Assembly: GCA_049999805.1 (NCBI GenBank)
Contig: JBNGIO010005900.1
Span: 62,001-110,250, forward strand
Length of the DNA: 48,250 nt
Direction of reading: 5' to 3'
Origin: Folioceros fuciformis
Taxonomy: Eukaryota
Both the position numbers and the translations under genes were made by a program. Positions within the stretch are counted from its first letter, which is position 1. Every line of letters starts with the position of its first letter. This document shows positions 1 to 11,985 of this stretch, piece by piece. The notes below the pieces were generated by a model, which ran no database searches, was not told the origin of the DNA, and worked only from the letters and a program-made list of their open reading frames with translations.

Positions 1-3000
1 AGGTATGGGAAATCGCTACTTCCAAGTAAGTTCACAGTTGTGCATGGTCCAGCCATGGCCCCACTATTGTCTACTCAATTTCTTGCAGGCCTCGGTGAGG
101 GAAACGATGTACAAGGGGCTCCCAAGGTTGTTGCTTGTTGATCCTCGTTCATCAGAAGCGATTTTTGATCTTGTTTGGTCGCATTTCCATCGCCTGTATG
201 AAAACAGCGAGGTAAAGTCAGCTTAAGGAAAACCTTGTTCTTCTCACCCTCCTGCCGCCAGGAAGATCCTGATGAACCTCGGCCGTTATGTACCTTTCAG
301 AGCAGCTCTGGAACACTGAAGCTGAGCTCTTGCGTGAAGATTCAGGATGGGAGTGTGCATTTAGAGGAGCCAGCCCACCACTTAATATCATGCATATACC
401 AACTGCAGTTACTGCTTGGAGGACATGGACAAGAATCAGCATATGACTTTGGGTTCACCTTGACTCCAGAACAAGAGGTACAAACATGAATTGTTACATG
501 AGGGATTTCCCAAAGAAACGCCTCCAGGCTCATGATGATTCTCCCATTTTCATGTTACATTCTGTTCATCACGTCACAGATTGGCAAAGGCTCCTCTTGT
601 GAAGCTTTGGCTGCTGCTTTTAGGGATCTACGCCAGAGCATGCAAAGTAGGTGCCTGGGAGGTGAGTCGTGGCTTGAAAACTAGACGGAATCACGGGAAA
701 GCGCAGTGATTTGGTGGATCTATGTCTGAAAAAGCTACTTGTTTATATGTTGCGTCACAGATTTTAAACTGGACAACACTCAAAACTTTGCTGCTGAGAC
801 CCTTGAAGGAGAGAGCAATTTGGAACAGGCTCGTATGCTCCTTGGTATTTTGGAGGTTCTCATGAATGCGGCTGTGGCAGACCTTAGCCGTCAGGGGACC
901 CAAGCAGAGAAAGAGCTGAAAGCATACTTGACGATGCATGACTCCTTGGAACAGGTTTTGACCCAGAAACCAGCAAAAGGTGGACCAAAAGTTGTGAAGG
1001 AACGAGCAAAGCCTGTCTCGAGCAAGTCGGGGCAGTTCCTGGTACCCCGAGCGTCCATGGAGAAGCGCAAGCCTCTCCTTGGAAACCCTTGTATTGCTCA
1101 CCTGCTGCTAGTGGTTGCTGAAAAAATTATGAAATCTGTGAATCAGCAAAGTGGTACCCAACCTGCACCCGAGGTCTCAGAGGTCGCACAGCAACTCTCT
1201 GCCTTCGACTGCAGGCTTGCTTCCTTTGCACTTAGGAGCTGCTGGACTCACTTGAAGGCAGTGTCCACAGATAGCACTGAGCAATCTGAGTTTCTGAGCA
1301 AGCTTCACGATCTGACAGACAGCAATTGGAAGATACTTGCCAGGCCCCTTTCTCAGTTGCTGCTAGCATTGAGGACTTGCGGAGTGAGTACTATGTCGCA
1401 GGATATTCCACATGAAAAGCCAAGAACATGGAGAGGCAAGAAGATGATATCTGGAACGAGTGGGAGCCTTGTTTCAACCGCTGTGAATTGTTTGGATGAG
1501 CTTATAAGGTTGGCAGACCAGCAAAACTGTCTAACAGAAGTATTCAGGGAACTCCGTGTGGATGCTGAACTTGTCGATGAAGAAGGGACGGAAGCTGAAG
1601 CCGCTAAGAGTGAGCAGCGGAGGCTCATTCATGATTGGATTACCCAGCACGCTAAACCGCTTGTGATTGAGTTTTTGAGCCATTCCCAGTGGGAGGAGAT
1701 CCAGGTAGGACACAGTTGGTGGTTTCCCGTGCAAATTACTGCTATTTCAGTAGGTTTCTTTTTCAAGTTTGCAAAGTTGCTGTTAAGTCAAATCAATGCA
1801 AGATTTCGTGCTCGCTGATGCCTTGATAATGCTCGTCGGGGCTGTGCAGATCCTGGCTGGTGTGATTGTGTTGATTTCGAGAAGACTGTCTGCATCTCAA
1901 ATGGAGACGCACAGTGCTTGGGCAGAGAATCTGTGTAGAGAGCACAATGTTACTAGCGCAGTAGCAGCGACTGCCCTGGCTTCAATGGCTACCTGTCTTG
2001 GCCCTCCTCCAAAAGACCTTGCTGTTGCGCAAGCTCTGGCTGGGGAGCTGCAGTATGTTATGGGAACTGAGCTTGCAGACGGTATCAACTCATCTTCCAA
2101 CTACCCCATATTGAATGTGTCAACGCGTACTGCCCTGTGTGGTTTCCTACTGCACTATGTCGAGACAAGCCTACTTGATATCGACTGGCTTGTGTCAGCA
2201 TTAAGACAACAAGCTGATGCAAAAGCAGAAGGGACTGTGTCTGGGCCTGATCTTGCTCGGGGAAAGCAAGAGGAAACGTTACATACGAGAATGGAAGCAG
2301 TCGTGTCCCTGGTTTCCATCTTCACAGAAATGTCTCTACCAGGTTCGTTAACCTGCTGCTTCATGTTAAATTCAGGAGTTCGTTGATGCTAACGAACAGT
2401 TATGCTTTGTAGGTGCACTTGCGGAAACCCTTCTAAAAACGGCAATCAAGTTATACAAATGTCTGGTGGCAGCGACTCGCCTTTGCATTGCCCCTAAAGG
2501 ATACCTCCAGCCGACACCCACTCTCAAATTCCAGGGCTTAGCTGAAGTTACCTGCAAGAAGCTTACGGTTCCCCTCTACGCTTTCGTGGCTGCTATGCAA
2601 AAGGTCAACTACTTCGAAACCACGTCGTTCGTGCATATTTGATTCGAAGGAAGCACGAGCTAGGTGGGTGGTTATGTTCTGGTCAGTCATAAACCTTATT
2701 GATCTCTTGGATGGCAGGACCCACACGAAAATATACAACGCAAGGGTTTTGTAAACCAGATCAAAAGGGAAGCAAGGACAATTCCAAATCTCATCTTCTG
2801 TATCGAAGAGTACGAGAAGTACCTGATCCAGCTTAGTAAGCTGACTAAAGTCAATCTCATGAGACATGCGAAGAGGAGCACGGCCAGGGACTTCAAGATT
2901 CTTGATCTCACAAAACAAGCCAAGCAGCAATATAATGCTGGACCTCAGGGAGCTCAAGAAGAAACCGATGGAGATCAGGACAATGAAGGGAGTGAGGAAC

Positions 3001-3281
3001 TGGGAGCTGGAGAGGCCGGAGAGGAGTCAGAGCAGGAGGAGGAGCCGGAAGAGATTCCTGAAGGGGAACAAGAGGAGGAAATGCAGGGTGAAGAGATGGA
3101 AGATGTGCACCCTCATGAAGTTGTGGCTGATGAAACTACCCCCAACAGACACAACTTGAAGAGGCCTAGTGCTTGCTCTGTAGGACAAAGTAGTAGGGGG
3201 CCCAGAGGTACAGCGGAGGGAGTTAGCGATGACGAAAGTGCCGCCAGAAAGGCCTCGAAGAAACATCGCAGCTCAAGTTGA
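1..3281 (+). CDS. FANCI: Fanconi anemia group I protein (5'-partial, multi-exon)
   Basis: GT-AG exons join in frame: 89-211, 262-477, 580-661, 761-1704, 1850-2342, 2413-2603, 2718-3281. The C-terminus reads [20 protein letters not shown]...[49 protein letters not shown], the conserved FANCI C-terminal block, followed by an acidic tail and basic RKASKKHR. Confidence 0.93.
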
Positions 3282-3420
3282 TCTTTTGCTGCTGCTACAA
3301 GACACCATTATGGTGTTGCTGATGTACCCGGTTGTGCCACATCTCATACGATGATCGCAAACCATGTTGAGTGAATCTCACCAGGTTTAGTGAAGTCATC
3401 AACTGCAGCCCATGTAGGCC

Positions 3421-4211
3421 TTACTCTGCTTCGATTTTTCCAATTTTTCTGAACACGGCACATAGCCTTGAGGGGTGAAATATCTGCAAAACAATCGGAA
3501 CAGGTAAGTAGCCTCTCAGGTGATTTTTTCCTCACACTACGAAATTTTTCGGGCTGTACTACCTTGGCTTTGAACATGAAATTTGGCGGGACATTTACGA
3601 TGGCAAAGTTGTCTTTGTCGTGGAAGTATTTCTCGAACTCCTGAGTACAGGAGTTGGAAGCAGATAAGAAGCAGTGACTTAAAACTCAATGTCTTTTTGC
3701 GAGGAGCAGCCATCGAAAGGGATCACCTGTGGCATGCCGTGCTTGGTTTGCAAACTCCACGGCACAGGCTGAAACAGCTCCCCTGTGAACTCATACTTGT
3801 ATCCCTGCACCACTCCCGGCTGCTCAGAAACTTGTTGGCAGAATGTCTCGGAGCCCAGCATCGTCTTGAGCTGCAGCTCGCACTGCACCAACAGCCCAAC
3901 CAATCCTTACTCTCTGCAAGACCACGGATTCGGAAGAAGAGGGAGTAGGAGGCACCAACCTCGGGCTTCAGCTGAAAGGACCCATCGAAGGACTCCACTG
4001 CCCTCAAACCCATCCTGACAAGTGTCTGTTTTCCCGGCATTGTGCGGTTGGTGGAAGGCAAGCAGGTCCACGCGACATTCCTGAGGAGAGGCGACGACGC
4101 GAAGGCGTGCAAAGATGGGCCAGGTGATCCATTCGGCGAACGCCTGGTGTTGGGCGGTGGCGATGAAATGCAGCGCGCGGTGAGGTGCACACTACGCAAA
4201 CCCACCGCCAT
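3421..4211 (-). CDS. Uncharacterised 182-aa protein with predicted plastid transit peptide (4 exons)
   Basis: Exons 4211-3960, 3882-3727, 3640-3563, 3483-3421 are separated by GT-AG introns of 77, 86 and 79 bp, all phase 0, giving one open frame ending in TAA. The first ~65 aa are S/R/P/T-rich and acid-free. The remainder is globular-looking: MGLRAVESFDGSFQLKPECELQLKTMLGSETFCQQVSEQPGVVQGYKYEFTGELFQPVPWSLQTKHGMPQEFEKYFHDKDNFAIVNVPPNFMFKAKIFHPSRLCAVFRKIGKIEAE. Confidence 0.8.
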
Positions 4212-4847
4212 TCCTGCCGTGCGTTCAGTTTCTGTTTTGCGTGTTGCTAGATGGTAGATAGCTTTGTAATAAGGTTGGGTGATGCAACTGCCAAAATAGG
4301 ATTGCATACTGACGTCAAGTGTAATCTCCTGTACTGAGTAGGTACATATGTACAAGTAATATGTAATGTGTTCATATGTACATACAATATATCTAGGTGA
4401 TGAATCAAAGGCCTGTATCTCGGTGGACAAAGCCCTACATGTATGGTACATTATGTTTTCGCTTGCTTTGGATGTGGATAGCCGGAAAGTGGTCCTCTTT
4501 TTATTCTTGAGAAAAAGGGAGGAAATAACGGAGAAGGTGGGCATCGTGTCCTCCACCGAAGAAAGCGAGAACCGAGGCTACAGTCGGCATCTTTTGGGAG
4601 ATCCGGAGCATCCGTGGGCAGGGAGCTGTCCGCGTGGTGGCTCCGGTATCTATCTAGTTCCGTGCCGTGTTGGGCTGTTTGGTTTTGGCGAGCTTGAGCT
4701 TGGGTTGTAGCTTTGTTGTTAGCAGGACGGATTGAATATGGCGAGGCCACTGTGACGTGTTGTGGACGGTGGATGCTGGGTTGTCAGGGAGTAGTTTGCG
4801 AGGAGCGCAAAATTTTGAAGACAAGGGAACCCTGAGCGGAGGCGTGC

Positions 4848-6389
4848 ATGGCGATGGGGTTCTTAGGAGTAGCGTTATTGTTGCTCGTGAGTGCTGCAGG
4901 CGGAATAGAGGCCTGGAAGGTTCCTATACGGCCGGGGGATGTGTTGCCTGCGCTTCCTCACGGGATTGCATGGCCAGTGTTGAACACGTTGAATAACGCG
5001 GTAAATCTGCTGCCGCAGTTTGTGGGCGCGGTGTCCTCGGAGGCGGCTGTAGCGGAATGGGAGGGGGCTTGCTTCCAGAAGAACCAGGCCTATCTGGAGC
5101 TCAAAGACAGCGGGGGTGTCTTGCATCTCAAGACTGCGGATGCCCGCAGCTGGACATGCTTGGACTTGTATGTGTTCGCCACCCCGTACAGGGTTACCTG
5201 GGATTACTACTTCACGGCCAGGCAGCACACTCTCACCATCGACAGTTGGGAGGAAGGGGAGCTGGATTACGTGAAGGCCAAAGGGTTTTCGGTTTTCCTT
5301 ATGCCGGCAGGGATGTTAGGGACCTTGGCTGCTTTGTGGGATGTGTTGCCCTTGTTCTCTAACTCCGGGTTTGGAGAGAGTGCAAACATTGCTTTTCTGA
5401 CTAAGCATATGGGGGCCACGTTTGTGAAGCGACCGCAGCCCTGGGCTGCGAATTTCTCCACTGATGACATTCACTCGGGAGACTTTCTGGCGCTGTCTAA
5501 GTTGCGTGGCCGCTGGGGCGGGTTTGAGACGTTGGAGAAATGGGTGACGGGGGCTTATGCCGGCCATACAGCAGTCTGCCTTCGGGACGAAAATGGGAAG
5601 CTGTGGGTTGGGGAATCAGGGCATGAGAATGAAGCAGGAGAGGAGGTTATTGCTGTCATCACTTGGGAGGAATGGTGGGATTTACAGCTCAAGGACACTG
5701 CGAATGCACACGTTGCTCTGCTTCCCCTGCATCCGGACATTAGAGCCAAGTTCAATGAAACTGCTGCCTGGGAGTATGCTCGGAGGATGGATGGTCAACC
5801 CTATGGCTACCATAACATGATTTTTAGCTGGATAGACACAGAGACGGATAACTATCCTCCACCTTTGGATGCCAACCTAGTGGCATCGGTGATCACTATG
5901 TGGACGCGCATACAGCCCGCATATGCCGCAAATATGTGGAATGAGGCTCTCAACAAGCGGCTTGGGACAGAAGGGCTGGACCTGCCATCTCTGCTGTGGG
6001 AGAGTGAGCAGCAGGGGATACCATTTGGCCAGCTTCTTGCCATTCCGGAGAATGATGATTGGGTGTACAGTGATGGCAAGTCCACCACCTGTGTGGCCTT
6101 TATTCTGGCCATGTACAAAGCGGCTGGCCTGTTTGGGGACGTCGCAGACAAGGTACAGGTCACGGAGTTCACCATTCGTGATGCGTACATGCTGAGATTG
6201 TACGAGGATAATATCACTCGCCTGCCTAGCTGGTGCCATGAACTTGACGGTCATCCGCTTCCTTACTGCCAACTGCTTGGCGAATATCGATTCGACTTGC
6301 CAGACTACAACAGTTTGGATCTCTATTCACACATGAATGAGCACTGTCCAAGTCTGCCACCGGATTATGAGAGGATTCCTGGTTGTTGA
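4848..6389 (+). CDS. Conserved secreted plant protein (At1g70160/At4g27020/At5g54870-like), 513 aa, predicted permuted papain-like NlpC/P60 fold
   Basis: Single 513-aa ORF with N-terminal signal peptide (MAMGFLGVALLLLVSAAGGIEA). Family motifs SWTCLDLYVFATPYRVTWDYYF, GRWGGFETLEKWVTGAYAGHTAV, PYGYHNMIFSWIDT, YSDGKSTTCVAF. Confidence 0.88.
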   Translation: MAMGFLGVALLLLVSAAGGIEAWKVPIRPGDVLPALPHGIAWPVLNTLNNAVNLLPQFVGAVSSEAAVAEWEGACFQKNQAYLELKDSGGVLHLKTADARSWTCLDLYVFATPYRVTWDYYFTARQHTLTIDSWEEGELDYVKAKGFSVFLMPAGMLGTLAALWDVLPLFSNSGFGESANIAFLTKHMGATFVKRPQPWAANFSTDDIHSGDFLALSKLRGRWGGFETLEKWVTGAYAGHTAVCLRDENGKLWVGESGHENEAGEEVIAVITWEEWWDLQLKDTANAHVALLPLHPDIRAKFNETAAWEYARRMDGQPYGYHNMIFSWIDTETDNYPPPLDANLVASVITMWTRIQPAYAANMWNEALNKRLGTEGLDLPSLLWESEQQGIPFGQLLAIPENDDWVYSDGKSTTCVAFILAMYKAAGLFGDVADKVQVTEFTIRDAYMLRLYEDNITRLPSWCHELDGHPLPYCQLLGEYRFDLPDYNSLDLYSHMNEHCPSLPPDYERIPGC

Positions 6390-7051
6390 GTTGCAAGATT
6401 TCAGTCTGTTTGCACGGGTTTCTACGGAGAAGATGTTGGCCTTATTGTTTTCACTCTGTTCTCCTGCTGGTTAGTTCTCCTAACGAGACCTTGCCGGAAA
6501 AGTGAAATTGATTCTACGCTCTGGAAAGCTCGTCTATCGCGAGCGTTAAAGCTCTCCCTCAATAAGGTAGGTTTATTGCCCTGTAAATAATTCGATAATA
6601 GTCTCAGCCTCAACATACTTGCGTCTACTTCAGAGAATTGTGGGTACCCTGACGATCAGAGGTGGGTAAACCTTTTGGGTGGAGACCTATAGGTTGATGG
6701 AGGGGTTGATCCATTTGGGAGTAGAAGTCCTAACAGTTTTCCTGTCCATCCTGTCGTTCACGTGTCTCCATTCTATGGATTTCCGTCACCTGTCGTTTCC
6801 AGGTGGCTTGGTTATTCCTATTCAAAGTGGGCATCGTACTTAACTGAAAAGCCTTGCATGGTACTTCAAGCACACCGGACGATGGTGTCTCCGCTGGTAT
6901 TGGTGCAATGGACCAATTTTTAGCCCCAATATCATTTTCTCCAATCCGTTCGCCTTCACATTTGTCATGTAAAGAATAGCCCAGTGTGATTAGTATTCCA
7001 GACGTGTTGATGTCTACACGTAAATGTTGCACACTTTCCATCTCCACCCTA

Positions 7052-7208
7052 CTTCAACTTCTTTTCACACACTTTCTGTCTCAATCCTCTTTCAAGTTCT
7101 TTTCACGCACTTTTTGTCTCAATCCTCATTCAACTTCTTTTCACACACTTTCTATCTCAATACTCTTTCAACCTCTTTTCACACACTTTCTGTCTCAATC
7201 CTCTTTCA
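7052..7208. repeat. 38-bp pyrimidine-rich minisatellite, about 4 copies
   Basis: Unit approximately TTCAACTTCTTTTCACACACTTTCTGTCTCAATCCTCT, tandemly repeated with few substitutions. Confidence 0.9.
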
Positions 7209-9129
7209 ATTTTTTCATCTCTTTCCATCCCACAGCTTTACACTTCAGCTCCTCCAAAATATGGCTTAGCCAAAGTTACGAACAACTCTAGGATTTTTGG
7301 GAGTAAGCATCCTTCTCATTCCTCAGTTGCGGCAAGTAGCTAAGCACCAAGTCCGCAGTGGAAGATGCCCTTTGGATCTAGTAGCTAAACACCAAGTCCA
7401 CAATGGAAATCCATCCTTCCTAGAATAGAATAAAATTCTCCTCCTTTATCAACCCACATGTCAATATCCAATTGGAAATGAATCTGTAGCCACTCATTTG
7501 ACTCCATAGACTTGAGGAATTCCAAGAGACTTGATATTCCACCAAGGTGTGACAATCTTGTACTTTGCTTTCCCATATTTTTTTATTATATAAATAATTA
7601 AAATCTTGGTACCCACACACTTGATTGAAATGCAAAACAAAAGAATCCCATTAGAACTCAAACCCTTAAAGGAACGAGGGGTTTTACGAGGTAGATACCA
7701 TTTTCATGGTCATGATTCTTAAGTGTGTCAAAATTGTCTTCTTGGATTATGGTCCTTTATTTATTTTACTATAAAGTTCTTATAAATATTATTTTTCAAA
7801 AAATCTTTTTTTAATAGAGAAAACTTATGACGTGACATACATTTTTTTGTGTTGTAATACATCATATGTTGCATGTATTTGATTAATCATTTGAAATTTA
7901 GTTTTTGACTGACCAACATGTTTCACTCAATTTGTGCTTGTGCTATGGTCTTCTAAATGTAGGATTCTTTCAGCAGGGTTTAGGGTTTTCATTGCTTTAA
8001 AGTGAGCGTTAACTAATGTCATATACAGAATAACAACATTGGCAGGAGAGGTGGCCTCAGCAACTCCATAGGTGCTACTGATACTCATTAGGTCACGGAT
8101 CGATACCTCCCCGCCTTTCAGAGCCCGTGGGACCCTAGTTTGACAAGAGCAGCCGATAGCTTGCAGATGGTTGCTCGGGTGCTGCTCCCTGATTCAGGCT
8201 CGTCTGGGAACATCCCCATGGGTTGGATCATGTTCTCTGAGCAACACCTGTCAGTTGGAAAATTTCCGTTTGCGGCATGGCGGACCGTCTCCTCCTGCAC
8301 TCGAACTGCCAGAGAGGGCGGAAAGTTTGATGCAGTCCAACGGGGGCAACAAAAGCCCTGGTGTAGGTATGTACGAAGTTGGGAGCGGAGCTGAGATCTT
8401 TGTCCTCGAAACCTCGCTGTTTTTGTATGGAGAATGAGGAAGAAGTGAAAGAGAATGTCCTCAACATCTCGGTTCTTGCTACACCTCCACGATTGCCCAA
8501 AAAAAAAAAAAAAGAAACGACAGGGCCTGGGCCCGAAAACCCATGCCGTCTCTGGAAGATCCTATTCCCCAAAGAGCTTGGCAAGTGCAGCAGCCTCGTC
8601 GTCCGAGCTCGCCGCCATGGCGTGGGCTGTATGCCCGTGACGGAAGTGAGACCCCCATGACACACACACACAATCATGACGACCCAACCACTCGATCCAT
8701 GCCATGGCGAGGTGAGACGAGGCGAGGCGCGGCGCGGTTGTGTACAGTTGTGTACTCACTGTTTAGAGCCCGTCATGTTTTTTGTCGTAGAATAAAAAGA
8801 AATCAGCCGGCCGCAGCCGGGAGTGCCACATGTTCCATCCCAGCCGGCACACAAGCTCTCTCCTCCAGCTGTGTGAAGTGTGTGCTGGGTACGGAGGTTC
8901 GATGTTTCCCAAGCTCACATCTTGCGAGCAAGATGACAATGCGTCCGCCACTCGATTCCGAAGCAACAGCCAAAGCTTGATGGCACCTTGGAATCAGAGA
9001 GCTCGGGTGGCTGAGCCTCTGGATAACCTGGACTGCTTTAAAACGAGTGGGACGCGAGGCCTATCAGCGTCCGACTCCCAGTTCTGGAGTTGTGACAGCA
9101 ACTTGTGGAGTTGTGGGTTGCTGGCACAG

Positions 9130-9166
<37 letters not shown>
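9130..9166. repeat. (CCAGAG)6 microsatellite
   Basis: Perfect hexamer run; reads PEPEPE in ORF 8830-9258. Confidence 0.9.
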
Positions 9167-9572
9167 CTGCTCCTCCCCCTGCTCCCGCTCCTGTTCCACC
9201 TCCGGCAGCAAAACCGTATTTGCGGAGGCTGCCCTGCTGCTCGATAAAGTGCGGGTAGGTTCAAAATCGAGAGTTGGCGTACAAGCTGGGGGGCAGGACG
9301 TTGTGGAGCTGGAAAATCACGTGCGATCGTAAGTGACTGAGGTGAGCCTGCTGCAAGCCGGTCAGCCAACTGAAAGGAGCCATGTTGACCTCGGATTTTG
9401 TATCCTCTTCAAGCCACCCCCTGCCCACTCCTGCCCACCCCTGGCCCAGCGCGCTTCATGCAATGCGTGAGGTACGCTTTGCGGTTCAGGGCTGAGCAAG
9501 CTCGAGACTTACGCGTCGCTGTCCGAATGTTTGAAGTGTAGGCCTGCAGGCCAGGCCCCGGCATTCAGCACC

Positions 9573-11985
9573 ATGCAGAGCTCCCAGCTCCAGGATGCCG
9601 TGCGGGCGCCTTCCACCCTCAACCCCCCGCCCGGGAAGGCCTTGGCGGTGTCGCAAGACGTCGTCCGCCAAGTGGACAAATGGAAGATTGGTTTTCTGTC
9701 CGTCGACCTCAAGGGGCGCCCGATTATCGACAAGTCCAGGACTGGGGGATGGCGGGCTGCGCCTTTCATCTTCGGTACGCATCTGTTGCAATTGTGGGTG
9801 ATTTGTGGTACACAGAACTGTATAATTGTAGGCATCGTGATTGTGAGTGCCAATGTTGATCGGGAGCCATGGACGGGTATGGGCACGGGCAGGGAACGAG
9901 ATGGCGGAGAAGATGGTGTATTATGGATTGACAGCCAATTTCGTCACGTATCTGGTGTTCGTGATGCACCAACCTTTCACATCGTCCGCCACCATCCTCT
10001 CCAACTGGGCTGGCACCTCCAACATCACCCCCCTCCTCGGGGGCTTCATGGCCGACGCCTTCTGGGGGCGATACTGGACCATCTGTGTGGCCAGCATGAT
10101 CTACATGCTGGTACGTGCCACTGAACCTTCCGATTGCAAGCTCCCCGTCCGCTGAGGGCCGTGTGTGTACCTGGTCCCGACGTTTGTGACGTGTTGTCTG
10201 GTGTTGTGCTCTGGTACAGGGCCTCATTCTGCTCACAATCCAGGCCGTGGTGCCGTCTCTCCATCCCGCGGTCAAATGCAACATTTTGCAGGTGATCGAG
10301 GGAGTGTGCCCTCCGCCCAGTAAGACCCAGATGAACTTCCTCTATCTGGCGCTCTACGTCATTGCTCTGGGCGCCGGGGGCCTGAGGCCGCTGGTGGCCC
10401 CATTTGGGGCGGATCAGTTCGACGTATACGATCCCAAGGAGGAGAAGGAGATGAGCAGATTCTTCAACATGTTCTACTTCTTCTTCAGCGGCGGTATTCT
10501 GTTCGCAGTCACCGTAGTGGTTTACGTCTCTAATCTCAACTGGGGATGGGGGATCGGGATGCTGGCCATCGCCATGTTCGTCTCCAGCATGGTCTTCCTC
10601 ATCGGCACGCCGACTTACCGCCACAAAATGCCCAGCGGTAGTCCGCTCACCAGAGTGTTTCAGGTGCGGTAGCAGCTTTCTTCGGAATCGAAACTGTTCC
10701 TTCAGATCCTCCGCCCACCCACCAGGTTTAACATCCTGAAGGCCGCAATATTTACTTCTCACCTGCAGGTGATTGCTGCTGCTTTCCGCAAGCGCTCGTT
10801 GCCGCTTCCTTTGGAAGATTCGGACTTGCACGAGGTCTACGACAGGGAGTCTGCCATTCTTGGGAGCGGCAAGCTGCAGCACACAAGCTATTACAAGTGA
10901 GAGAAAGATTCTGTCGTGGCCACCAAATTTTTGCAATTGCCGAGGCCTGCCTCTGCTTCTTTGTGACTTCAGGTTGTCCCAAAATCACGGTTGTGAAACT
11001 GCTGGCAGGTTCCTGGACAAGGCAGCTGTGGAGACGGAAGAGGAGAAGCATCTGGTGGCACAAGGGCTTCCGGTGTCGCCATGGCGTCTGTGCACGGTGA
11101 CGCAAGTGGAAGAGCTGAAGGCAATCTTCAACTTCGTGCCCATCTGGTTCACATCCATCGTGCAGCCACTGGTGCTAGTCCAAATCATCAGCTTCTCGGT
11201 GCAGCAGGCGGGCACCATGAATAGGAACTTGGGCCCGCATTTCACCATCCCCACCGGCTCGGCCCCGGCATCCTCCATGATCGTCATCATGCTCGTCATC
11301 CCGGCCTACGACTGGATTTACGTGCCACTTATGAGGAAATGGACCGGGCACCAGCGGGGCACCACAGTTCTACAGAGAATCGGCATTGGCTACTTCATCC
11401 TCATTCTGTGCGTCATGGCTGCTGGCTTTGTGGAGCACGAGCGGCGGGCAATTGCGCTGAGGCATCCAGAGCTAACTCGCACCCAGGCCCCGCTGCCTTT
11501 CAGTGTCCTCTGGATCACATGCCAGTTCTCCTTGCTGGGCATCTCGGAGGTGTTTTCCGGCATCGGACAGATCGAATTTTTCTACGACCAAGCTCCCGAC
11601 GGCATGCGCGGGGTGGGAGGCGCTCTTCTCGCGCTGGCTATGGCTGTAGGCAATTTCGCTTCCACACTGGTGATCAACATCGTGAAAAAGTACACGGGTA
11701 ACGATCTCACCAACCGTCTGTTTCACATCTGCACTTGTCAGCTGGTACATCGTTTGATAAATGAAATTCAAGGGAGCTCACCCTCGCTGCCTGTCGCTGC
11801 CTGCAGGAGGCCATGGAAAGGAACCCTGGCTCACAAACGACATCAACTCAGGTCATTTGGACTACTACTACTGGATGTTGGCTGTTCTTTCTTTTGTCAA
11901 TCTCCTTGCCTTCATGGTGGTCTCGAGCCGGTACAAGTACAAGGTGCAAACGGACAGGAGCGTCAGCTTGGCTGCTTTCGCATAA
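9573..11985 (+). CDS. NPF: NRT1/PTR family (NPF) proton-coupled transporter, 6 exons
   Basis: Exons 9573-9774, 9893-10110, 10220-10663, 10769-10896, 11009-11697, 11807-11985. Motifs TGGWRAAPFIFG, ExxEK (NEMAEK), GGFMADAFWGRYWTI, FGADQFD, PSGSPLTRVFQV, FLDKAA, CTVTQVEELK, EFFYDQAP, GHLDYYYW. Confidence 0.96.

Noticed and set aside
3723-4556. 277-aa minus-strand ORF as a single protein
   Set aside because: It combines upstream non-coding sequence, exon 1 and read-through intron; the spliced 182-aa model fits better.
7270-7640. Possible LINE reverse-transcriptase remnant on the minus strand
   Set aside because: Only faint resemblance, with stops and no diagnostic motif; cannot be supported by eye.
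7975-7988. Telomere-like AGGGTTTAGGGTTT
   Set aside because: Only two units; at most a telo-box, with no nearby gene start to link it to.
10046-10936. 296-aa antisense ORF and similar shadow ORFs over real genes
   Set aside because: Explained by codon bias of the GC-rich sense gene; crosses introns and has no protein-like features.
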